The position numbers were made by a program, and so were the translations under genes. A DNA stretch of 64,000 nucleotides from the IMG/VR virus record IMGVR_UViG_3300042691_055965, positions 124,001 to 188,000 of that record. One strand, given 5' to 3'. A model generated the notes under the pieces. The model was not told the origin of the DNA. It worked only from the letters and a program-made list of their open reading frames with translations, and did not search any database. Positions 29,269-39,800 of this stretch are shown in pieces (the first letter of the stretch is position 1; every line of letters starts with the position of its first letter).

Positions 29269-31128
29269 ATGGATATTTCTCAAAAAATATTAAGTGACAT
29301 TACTGTCTTTATGAAATACGCAAAGTTTCAACCGGAATTGAATCGGAGAGAGACTTGGGAAGAACTTGTTACACGTAACAAAGAAATGCATCAAAGAAAA
29401 TACCCACACATCAAAAATGAAATTGAAGAGGTATATGAAATGGTATACGACAAGAAAGTATTACCATCAATGAGATCATTACAATTTGGTGGAAAACCAA
29501 TTGAAATTTCACCAAATAGGGTTTATAATTGTGCATATATGCCAATCGATCACGTTGATTCTTTTTCTGAAACAATGTTTCTACTTTTAGGTGGTACAGG
29601 TGTTGGTTATTCGGTACAAAAACATCACGTAGAAAAATTACCAGACATCAAAAAACCAAATCCTGAAAGAACAAGAAGATACCTTATTGGTGATTCAATC
29701 GAAGGATGGGCAGATGCGATAAAAGTATTAATGGAATCTTATTTAGGGTATAAGTCATCGACACCTGTATTTGATTTTTCTGACATTCGTCAAAAAGGTG
29801 CAAATCTAGTTACTTCAGGTGGAAAAGCACCTGGACCTCAACCATTAAAAGATTGTATCCACAACATTACAAAAGTTTTGGATAATAAAAAAGATGGTGA
29901 AAAACTTACACCTATTGAAACACATGACATCGTATGTCATATTGCCGATGCGGTACTTGCTGGTGGTATTAGAAGAGCGGCACTTATTTCATTGTTCAGT
30001 GCGGATGATGAAGAAATGATTTCTTGTAAATCAGGTAATTGGTGGGAACAAAATGCTCAAAGAGGTAGAGCAAACAATTCGGCAGTACTTCTTCGTCACA
30101 AAATTACAAAAGAGTTCTTTATGGATTTATGGAAACGTATTGAACTATCAGGAGCAGGTGAACCAGGAATTTATCTTTCTAATGATAAAGATTGGGGAAC
30201 AAATCCTTGTTGTGAAATCGCACTTCGTCCGTTTCAATTCTGTAATCTATGTGAAGTAAACGCATCTGATATTGAATCACAAGAAGACTTTGATGCAAGA
30301 GTTAAGGCTGCATCATTTATTGGTACACTACAAGCGGGATATACTGATTTTCATTACTTAAGAGACATTTGGAAAAGAACAACAGAAAAAGACGCACTTA
30401 TTGGTGTTGGAATGACGGGTATCGGTTCTGGTGTTGTATTAGGTTACGACATGAAAAAAGCAGCAAAAATGGTTAAAGAAGAAAATGAAAGAGTTGCTAA
30501 ACTGATTGGTATTAATAAATCGGCAAGAACAACAACTGTAAAACCATCAGGAACATCATCTTTGGTATTGGGAACATCATCAGGAATTCACGCTTGGCAT
30601 AATGACTTCTATTTAAGAAGAATCCGTGTAGGTAAAAACGAATCAATATATTCATACTTGGCGATTAATCACCCTGAGTTAATTGAAGATGAGTTTTTCC
30701 GTCCTCACGACACTGCGGTAATTACTATCCCACAAAAAGCGCCTGAAGGTTCAATTGTAAGACACGAATCTGTATTTCAAATGTTGGAACGTGTTAAGAA
30801 AGTATCACAAGAATGGATTAAACCAGGACATAGAAACGGACAAAACACTCATAACGTATCCGCTACGGTTTCAATTAAAGAAGATGAGTGGGACTTGGTA
30901 GGTGAATGGATGTGGAATAACAGAGATTTCTATAATGGTTTATCTGTACTACCTTATAACGGAGGCACATATACCCAGGCACCTTTTGAAGATTGTACAA
31001 AAGAAGATTTTGAAAGATTGGTTAAAACATTGTCAGATGTTGATCTTACAAAAGTAATTGAGTTACAAGATAACACCGACCTACGAGGTGAAGCTGCGTG
31101 TGCTGGTGGTGCGTGTGAAATCGTATAA
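29269..31128 (+). CDS. nrdJ: class II (adenosylcobalamin-dependent) ribonucleotide reductase
   Basis: YNCAY, GGTGVG, RRAALI, GEPG, TNPCCEI, TVKPSGT and a C-terminal CAGGACEIV redox pair; no beta subunit nearby. Confidence 0.93.
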   Translation: MDISQKILSDITVFMKYAKFQPELNRRETWEELVTRNKEMHQRKYPHIKNEIEEVYEMVYDKKVLPSMRSLQFGGKPIEISPNRVYNCAYMPIDHVDSFSETMFLLLGGTGVGYSVQKHHVEKLPDIKKPNPERTRRYLIGDSIEGWADAIKVLMESYLGYKSSTPVFDFSDIRQKGANLVTSGGKAPGPQPLKDCIHNITKVLDNKKDGEKLTPIETHDIVCHIADAVLAGGIRRAALISLFSADDEEMISCKSGNWWEQNAQRGRANNSAVLLRHKITKEFFMDLWKRIELSGAGEPGIYLSNDKDWGTNPCCEIALRPFQFCNLCEVNASDIESQEDFDARVKAASFIGTLQAGYTDFHYLRDIWKRTTEKDALIGVGMTGIGSGVVLGYDMKKAAKMVKEENERVAKLIGINKSARTTTVKPSGTSSLVLGTSSGIHAWHNDFYLRRIRVGKNESIYSYLAINHPELIEDEFFRPHDTAVITIPQKAPEGSIVRHESVFQMLERVKKVSQEWIKPGHRNGQNTHNVSATVSIKEDEWDLVGEWMWNNRDFYNGLSVLPYNGGTYTQAPFEDCTKEDFERLVKTLSDVDLTKVIELQDNTDLRGEAACAGGACEIV

Positions 31129-31130
31129 TT

Positions 31131-31214
31131 ATGAAAGTAAGTTGGGGAAATAATATAACGTTAACACATCAAGTTTTGATGGCTTTTTATAATATCAGAA
31201 AACAAAACGGGTAA
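31131..31214 (+). CDS. 27-aa micro-ORF
   Basis: MKVSWGNNITLTHQVLMAFYNIRKQNG fills the gap between nrdJ and the next gene almost exactly (2 nt and 1 nt spacers). Confidence 0.5.
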   Translation: MKVSWGNNITLTHQVLMAFYNIRKQNG

Positions 31215-31215
31215 T

Positions 31216-31446
31216 ATGTTACAGTCAGCGTCTAAAGATTGGGTTCAAGAATTATTTGTGAAAGAGTTTGTAAGACCTAAACTACAACCAACAGATTTTT
31301 ATTATGATAATCAAGGAAGAATGGTTATGACTGAAAATTATCATCAAAGAAGAGGTAGTTGTTGTGGTAATGGATGTCTACACTGTCCCTACGAACCCAA
31401 ACATGAAAAAGGAAACACAAACCTAAAAGAATCACTACGAAAGTAG
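31216..31446 (+). CDS. DUF5522-like cysteine-rich small protein
   Basis: FY....G..V.TE.YH..RGSCCGNGCLHCPY motif. Confidence 0.8.
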   Translation: MLQSASKDWVQELFVKEFVRPKLQPTDFYYDNQGRMVMTENYHQRRGSCCGNGCLHCPYEPKHEKGNTNLKESLRK

Positions 31447-31458
31447 TGATTTTTTTTA
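31430..31458 (+). terminator. intrinsic terminator ending the replication operon
   Basis: AATCACTAC-GAAA-GTAGTGATT plus T tract. Confidence 0.8.
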
Positions 31459-31494
31459 TTTATATAAAATACCAAGATATTATATTTATTGAAT

Positions 31495-31956
31495 ATGGCA
31501 AACGGTATTACATACGGTATAAACTTTCCATTCAGGCAAAGTCAAGTTGGTAAATACCTTTCTTTATCTGAAACTACTGATGAAGAAATAAGAACAGACT
31601 TGGTACACCTTTTATTAACAAGAAGGGGGAGTAGATACTATCTTCCTAATTTTGGTACTAGGTTGTATGAATTTATCTTTGAACCACTTGATGGTGATAC
31701 TTTTGATGGAATAAAGTCAGAAATAGAAGATTCTGTAAAGCAGTTTATACCAAATTTGACAATACAAAATATAATTGTAGAACCATATACTGAATCTGAA
31801 ATGTCAAAAGGTGATTTGAAACCTGAACAATTTGACATTCCTGTTTATCGTGTCCCTGGTGCGAATACTGAAGAATATACGGCAAAGGTACGAATAGAAT
31901 ATATAGATGAAAACAACCCATTCGGATCGAGGGAATTTATAATTATTAATTTATAA
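31495..31956 (+). CDS. baseplate wedge protein (T4 gp25/GPW-like)
   Basis: I..DL..LLLTRRGSR...PNFGT.LY..IFEP; probable start ATG 31495; TATTTAT elements at 31457 and 31483. Confidence 0.9.
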   Translation: MANGITYGINFPFRQSQVGKYLSLSETTDEEIRTDLVHLLLTRRGSRYYLPNFGTRLYEFIFEPLDGDTFDGIKSEIEDSVKQFIPNLTIQNIIVEPYTESEMSKGDLKPEQFDIPVYRVPGANTEEYTAKVRIEYIDENNPFGSREFIIINL

Positions 31957-31960
31957 AAAA

Positions 31961-33802
31961 ATGGCTAATAGAAAAATATCATATACTGAAAGGGACTTTG
32001 AAGGATTAAGAAATGATCTGATTGACTATACAAGACAATATTATCCCGATTTAATTCAAAACTTTAACGATGCATCGGTTTTTTCTGTTTTGATGGACTT
32101 AAATGCTGCGATTGGTGATAATTTAAATTTTCACATTGATAGAAGTTTACAAGAAACAATATTACAATATGCGCAACAAAGATCATCAATTTTCAACATT
32201 GCAAGAACTTACGGATTAAAAGTTCCGGGGTTTCGTCCATCAGTTGCTGTTGTTGACATTTCAATTACAGTGGATGCTTTTGGGGATGCGGAAGATGTGA
32301 GATATTTGGGTATATTAAGGGCAGGTGCACAGTTTAATGGTGGTGGAACAACATTTGAAACTGTTTATGATATTGATTTTTCTTCACAATTTAATAGGGA
32401 AGGGTTTATAAACAGAACAAAAGTTCCAGTATTTTCAAGTAACAACAATTCTGTAGGAAGTTATATTATTACAAAAAGAGAAGTTGTTGTTAATGGAACC
32501 ACACAAGTGTTCAAAAAAGTAATCAATCCACAAGATGTAATACCATTTTATAATTTCTTTTTACCTGATAAGAATGTTTTGGGTGTAACATCGATAATTC
32601 AAAAAGAAGGTACAACATATCAAGCAACACCGTCCTTTTCAGAATTTGCAACATCAACAAACAGATGGTATGAAGTAGATGCATTGGTTGAAGATACCGT
32701 TTTTATTGAAGATCCAACAAAACCTGTGGATGAAGCGGGAGTTAAAGTTGGTAGGTACATAAAAACAGATAACAGATTCATAACTGAATACACACCTGAA
32801 GGTTTTTTAAAAGTACAATTTGGTGGAGGTACTGTAACACCTGATGAACAATTAAGACAATTTACAACGACTGGAGTACCATTAAAGTTACAGAACTTCC
32901 AAAATAATATTGGACTTGGTTTAACAGTAAAACCAAATACAACACTTTTTGTTCAATATAGAACAGGTGGTGGATTGTCAAGTAATATTGGTGTAGGAGC
33001 AATAAATCAAGTTGCACTTGCTGATTTTGTGGTGAACGGACCTTCAGAAATTACTAACAATAATGTAATACAATCATTGAAAGTTAATAACATTACTGCT
33101 GCTATAGGTGGTGCAAATCAACCTTCAGTTGAAGAAGTAAGAAATATGGTGACGTATAACTTTGCAGCACAAAAAAGAGCAGTTACAATAAATGATTATA
33201 AGTCGTTGATTGATACAATGCCTGGTAATTTTGGTGCACCTGCTAAAGTTGCAATATCAGAATCTAATAACAAAATTTCAGTTAAAATCCTGTCTTATGA
33301 TAGTACGGGGGTATTAACACAAACGGTATCTAATAATTTGAAAACAAATTTGGCAACATATCTTTCTAAATATAGAATGATAAATGACTACATTTCAATT
33401 GAAGTTGCAAAAGTAATTGATTTGGAGTTTGAGTTTTATATTGTTCTTGATAACCCAGGTGCTCAAGGTGACGTAATAACACAAGTCATCAATACAGTAA
33501 GTAATTATATGTTACCTTCAACTAGAGAACTTGGACAAAATGTTAATGTATCGGAAGTTAGACAACTTGTTCAAAACATTTCTGGAGTTAATGCTCTTAC
33601 AGATTTGAAAATATATAATAAAGTTGGTGGACAGTATTCATCATCTGAAACATCACAAAGATACGTTTCGGTAACGACAAAAGAAATTGAACTTATTGAT
33701 AGTACAATATTTGCTGAACCTGATCAAATATATCAAATTCGATTCCCAAATAGGGATATAAAGGTTAGAGTTAAAAACCTTTCAACGGTAGACTTTTCAT
33801 AA
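31961..33802 (+). CDS. baseplate wedge protein (T4 gp6/baseplate J-like)
   Basis: RDFEGLR..L, AQQRSS...IA...G, FG.G, YRTGGG..SN, GGA....VEE.R, Q.RAVT..DY. Confidence 0.9.
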   Translation: MANRKISYTERDFEGLRNDLIDYTRQYYPDLIQNFNDASVFSVLMDLNAAIGDNLNFHIDRSLQETILQYAQQRSSIFNIARTYGLKVPGFRPSVAVVDISITVDAFGDAEDVRYLGILRAGAQFNGGGTTFETVYDIDFSSQFNREGFINRTKVPVFSSNNNSVGSYIITKREVVVNGTTQVFKKVINPQDVIPFYNFFLPDKNVLGVTSIIQKEGTTYQATPSFSEFATSTNRWYEVDALVEDTVFIEDPTKPVDEAGVKVGRYIKTDNRFITEYTPEGFLKVQFGGGTVTPDEQLRQFTTTGVPLKLQNFQNNIGLGLTVKPNTTLFVQYRTGGGLSSNIGVGAINQVALADFVVNGPSEITNNNVIQSLKVNNITAAIGGANQPSVEEVRNMVTYNFAAQKRAVTINDYKSLIDTMPGNFGAPAKVAISESNNKISVKILSYDSTGVLTQTVSNNLKTNLATYLSKYRMINDYISIEVAKVIDLEFEFYIVLDNPGAQGDVITQVINTVSNYMLPSTRELGQNVNVSEVRQLVQNISGVNALTDLKIYNKVGGQYSSSETSQRYVSVTTKEIELIDSTIFAEPDQIYQIRFPNRDIKVRVKNLSTVDFS

Positions 33803-33854
33803 GATTGTTTATTTTGTTTGATATGATATTACTTTTTAAAAGTGAGTCAATAAC

Positions 33855-33861
33855 TATTTAT
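33855..33861 (+). promoter_or_regulatory. TATTTAT element
   Basis: Motif 14 nt before ATG 33876. Confidence 0.55.
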
Positions 33862-33875
33862 CAACAAAGAAAAAA

Positions 33876-36800
33876 ATGTTTAAAAGCTATAGAATTAAGG
33901 CAAATCCAGGTGCAGACAAAAATATAAGATTGAAAATCGATCAGGATTTTGACTTGATAGAAATTTTATCTTTAAAACTTAAACAAGAAGATTTATATAC
34001 AAAATTTTGTGCCGATTATGGTGTAGTGGCAGGAAGAGTCATTGCTAATGGTGGGTATGGTGTACCAAACGTTAGTATTTCTGTTTTCGTACCATTATCA
34101 ACTGAAGATGAAGTTGATCCTGTAATTTCTACACTTTACCCATATAAAACAATTTCGGACAAAAATGAAGACGGTTATAGATACAATTTATTGCCATATA
34201 TCCAAGAATACGGTGGGCACACACCAACAGGAACATTTCCTGATAGAAATGATTTACTAACAAGAACCGAAGTATTAGAAATATACGAAAAATATTATAG
34301 ATTTACTGTAAGAACAAATGACAGTGGTGACTTTATGATTGTTGGTGTTCCTTTGGGTATGCAAACTGTTGTGATGGATTTAGATTTGTCTAACATTGGT
34401 TGTTTTTCACAAAGACCTTCCGACTTAATAAGAATGGGACTCGGTGTTGAAGGACAATTTGCTGGTTCGCAGTTTAGGGCAAATTCAAATTTAGCCATGC
34501 TTCCTCAAATCATTAATCTTGCAAAAGAAGTAGAAGTTGATCCATTTTGGGGTGATGATGAATACTGTACAATAGGAATAACAAGGGTTGATTTTGATTT
34601 AAGAGATTCGGGAATTGAAATATCACCACAGGCTATTTTTATGGGTTCCATTTTCAGTAATTCAGATCAAGATGAGTTAAAAGTTAGTTGTAAACCAAGT
34701 CTTAATACAGGTGCTCTTTGTGACATGGTTACACAATCAGGAAAAATATTAGCAATAAGACAGACAATTTACAGTGATACATTAGGGTTTCCTGTATTGG
34801 AAGAATATAAATTTGAAGACGGTGGAAATATCATAGATGATAATGGTACGTGGCTTGCTGAAGTACCCATGAACTTAGATTACATTACAACAAATGAATT
34901 TGGTGAACAAATTTTTTCTAACGATCCGACAATCGGGATACCAACAAAAGGAAAATATAGGTTTAGAATACAGTATCAAAATGAGGATATACAAGGTTCT
35001 AATGTGATACGAGCGGACTATTTAGTTCCGAATCTAAAAGAATATGGTTGGTCGACAAGTAGTATTAACGAACCTGACAACGAAGATTTACAAAAAAAAT
35101 CATACGCCTTTAGTTTAGATTGGAACGATTATGGAGATACTGGAACTACTTTAGGTTTACAAATAATACAAGAAGCTGTTGATTGTGATGATAAGTTTTT
35201 TGAGTTTAACTATAATAGGGTATATACAGTATCAGGACACATAGATAGATGGAAATGGGGGTATTTACCATCTAGAATTCTTGGTATTAAAGAAATCACA
35301 GAAAGAGCTTGTACGGCAACCACAAATAGATTTCCAACAAACGACGCTCAATTCAAATTTGACATTATATTTTTTGTTGTGTACTTCACTTTAGGGTTAT
35401 TTTATCCGTTAATTTATGTTTTTATAGTTGTTTTACACGTACTTGCTTGGTTATACGATATTGTAGTAAGGTTGTGGAATAAACTAGCGGATTTTTGGAA
35501 TGACAATATTGTTAGGTTATGTTATCAAATAAATGACGTGTTAGATACTTTTAATTGGACAGGGTTCAATTGTGATAATTGGTTATTAGAATACATGAAT
35601 CCGCAAAACCCATTTGCAAGATACTCATTACCGATGATATCTTACCCTGATTGTGATAATTGTTCTTGTGAAGTATTAACCATAACAGACGAACTTATAG
35701 AAATATATCAAGACAATGGAAATTTTAGTCCACTAATTGATAGTAATAGTGTAAGAACTTTTAGTAACTATGAAGAAAATTATTTAGCGAATTTAATTCG
35801 TTCTTATGACCCAAATCCTGGTTCATCGAATAGTAATTATGATTTTACAGATGAAACATTGAACGCAGCAATTGGACAAGGATTCGCTGGGTATGTGGGG
35901 GATAAATCGAATGATAAATACAAACTATATAAAACACCTGTGGTAACTTACCCAACGCAGTTTAGCCCAAACGGTGTTTTATCGTTCACAGTCCCTTGGT
36001 CTCAAAGATTAAACATGATGAATTCTAGAGACACATACTTCACAACTGCTCAAATGGTAACAACTGTGAAAAATTTACATCCTGTTACAAATATTGAAAC
36101 ACCGTCAATACCTTTTACAGATCAACCTTTGATTTTAGTTTGTGATCAAGGAACAATATCTAACATTGGTAGTCCTGGAACATTACTATCGTTTACTAAA
36201 ATAGAAGATATCTATGATCCAAATATAACAGGAAACACTGTAAATCAATTTGGAACAGTTTCTATTACAGGAAACTCTACATCAAATTCAACTAATTTAG
36301 TTACAAGGACTGTATCATATTTAAATCAAAACGGAACACAGTCAACATCACAAATATATTTAAAACTTACCCAACAAGGAAAAAGTTACGACTACAAAGC
36401 GGGTGTTGAATATTTTCAGATGATTACTGGTGGCACTATGTCACAGTTTGAAGGGTTGATAGATTTTTCATCATATGGTTTGTTACAAAATTTTGTATAT
36501 GAACATGGAATGAAATTTAGATGGGGTAGAGGTTTGGCAACTACAAATCAACAACCTTTTGGGTTAGGATTTAATGATACTGTTGCGGATATGGTATACG
36601 ATTCACAAGGTAGACTATATTGTGTAGGTGGGTTTACATCATATGGTGGAACACCAATCAACGGATACATAGTTAGATTATTAACTAATGGTGATATTGA
36701 CACATCTTTTAATGTTGGTGGTTCTGGATTTGATTTAATAACAACCGCAATAGATATACAATCTGATGGTAAATTGATTGTTGGTGGATATTTTACAACA

Positions 36801-39800
36801 TATAATGGAGCATCTAACATTAGAATTATTAGGTTAAATACCGACGGAACACCTGACGGGACTTTTGTCACCGGCACTGGATTCGATGATGTGGTTTGGA
36901 AAATAAAAATACAACCATTTGATGGTAAAGTTTTAGTTGGTGGTGATTTCGACAACTATAATGGTGGTGTAACAAAAAAATTAGCACGTTTAACAACACT
37001 TGGGGCTAATGATGTTTTACTCATAGGTAATGGTTTTAACAATAGGGTTTATGACATATCATTACAAACAGATAATAAAATATTAGTTGCAGGTATGTTC
37101 ACTGAATTTAATTCGGCAACAAGATTATATGCTGTTAGATTGAATACTACTGGAACGTTAGATAGTACATTTAGTACGGTAAATCCATTAAATACAAATC
37201 CTATTTTTAATATTAATGATCAAGTGTTAACAATAACACAAGCCGTTGATGGTTCAGGGGATATATACATGGGAGGAGAATTTACACGTTATCAGGGTGC
37301 CGATGTTGGAAGAATTGTTAAAACAACATCTACAGGTATTAGGATTGCATCCTTTAATAATGTAACATTAAATGGAATCTACAAAGATTTTGAAGGTGGG
37401 CCTGTGTTTACAATACTTAATTATTTAGATGCTAATGGTGTAGAAAAACTTTTAGTGGGAGGAGGATTCAACATTTATGTAAATAATAATGGATATGGAA
37501 ATGCGGCATATCAATTAGTAAGATTACTTAACACAGGACAAAGGGATACAACTTTTAACACATCACAAAGCTGGCCGAATGTTGCAGGTGCGGGAACAGT
37601 GGTAACTACCATAATAAGAAGTTCAGTCGCTCCTTATAAAGTGACTGCTTGTGGTAGTTTTAATAATTCTGTTGTGGGTGAAAGAATTAAAAGAATGTTA
37701 GACAACGGGGATGATGATATTACTATTACTAGTACCTTTTCTTACCCAACAGGTCCTTATAACCCAACCAATCAACCGGGGGGTTGGTATAATGTCGATA
37801 GAACATTCAATGCGATTCCCAAAAATATTGTAAGATATTTTGACGATAAAGAAATTATATTTTTAACTAGAGGTGTTGATCCATATACAGAAAAACAAAG
37901 AATTGAATATGATTTGTCTGATTACTTTGGGCAACCATTAAATAGTGTTAAAATTTTAGGTGACTATTATTTGAATGTACCGGTACAACCAAATACTGGA
38001 AACTTACCGGCAACACAAACATGGCAAGTACCTGGGGTTACAAATGGAACTTGGAGAAATAACGCTTTGACACCTGAAAGTCATTTGGTTATCAATAATT
38101 CAAATCCAAGATTGTTTCATTTTCCATTTTGTTCACCCGTAATATCTATACCTATTTTAAATCAAACTAATTATATTCCTATATTTACAAATTTTACTGC
38201 ATTTACAAATAATTCCTTAAAATATTATTCATCTTTAGATAAATCAGAATCTGGATTTGTTTCATACAATGGTGATAGTTATAATGTATCGGATTTTACA
38301 ACACCTGCAGGTGTTAGTTCTCCTTTAAAGTGGGATTGGTCTCCTGGATATAATACAATAGCTCAAACATGGTTTGTAGGTGACCCACCACTAAATTTAA
38401 GTGATGCGGAAATTACTGCTTCGTCACTTCCGATAGGAACTATTGAAGGTTCGACTTTAGTTGCGTCAAGTACGCGAACAGGACAACTTTTCAATGTAAA
38501 TGTTTCATCGCAGATTTTTGCAAGAGTTTATTCACCAGCATATCATTTAAATTTGACATATAATTATGATTGTGAAATTAATAACCCTGGAAGGTTAGTA
38601 TTTAGAAGTGATAGATTACCTACGTCAACACAAACCCAAGTTAGTGGTAATTCATCATATGCAATGTATTTTAACGATAACTTTCAAATGTACAAAGTAT
38701 TGAAAGGGGGAATTACAACTGCTATAAATTTTTCACCGTATATACCATTAGATATTGGTGTATCGCAAGATTTTCAAGATAGACCTTCAGGAAGTACTGT
38801 AAGTGATTTAGTCATAAACAGTCTATCTTGTGAAGGTATGACACTACTATCGTGCTATAGTGGTAATGGTGATACATTTGGTGTTGTCGCTCCTTGCACT
38901 AACAATTATGATGGTAACTTAGAAAAACAAATTGTTGTTGGTGGATGTTATTACTTTGTATCTAAAGAATATTTGTCTAATGAAGAATTAGAAAAAGATG
39001 CTAACAACTTAGCGGAATGGAAAGCTAGATTTATATTTTCATTTGCAGCCTGTAGAGAAATATTTTCGCACACGTTCCAAAACAATTGGGTTAATGGTGG
39101 GTTGTATACATTTGCGTTCCAAAAAAGAGTTATATTCGATCAAAATAATCAACCAATTTATAAATTTTGTGGGGCTAAAGACAGTGCAAATGCACCATAT
39201 CAAGGTCCTGTTTATTATGCTTCAGGTACATCAAATTCATTCTTTTATCGATCCACACCGTATAGTCATACAGAATCTAGATTTGTTGGACAAATACCTA
39301 GAAAAAAATCATGGTTAACAGGTGTTTGGGAAGATGCGGGCGGTAATGATCCAAATGAATATCCTGGGTTGAACAATAGAAATATATTTTTTCCTACGAC
39401 AATAATGGATTTAGGTCCTAGAGATCAATTTGCGAAAGAAGTTTGTTTTAACCCACAATTGGATGGGTATTTAGTTGAGACATTAAGTTCAACATCGTTT
39501 AATCCAACTGATACAATTTTATTATTTTTCTTTTTATCGAGACTTTTAAGTACAAGTACTTCTGATTTGTATTTAGGGGAAGGAAATGCGTCCGTGTTTG
39601 CACTATTTAGTAGGAGCGGTTTAAGAATTGACGGTGATGTTGCTCAAATGTTCAGTATAAATTCTGAATATGGGATTTTACCATTTAATGATCAATTTTA
39701 TGATGATAACGACGTATACTTATCAACAACAAATGGAAACGCAGTTATTGGGGTTTTGTATGAAAGTGACATAGAAAAAAGAAGACAATTAACTCCTGGT

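Noticed and set aside
25333-31128. Inteins or introns in recA, dnaB or nrdJ
   Set aside because: Proteins have normal length and contiguous motifs, with no intein or homing-endonuclease signatures
2694-33802. Bacterial extracellular contractile injection system or tailocin
   Set aside because: Interleaved phage replication genes, neck genes and phage-specific upstream elements indicate a phage genome
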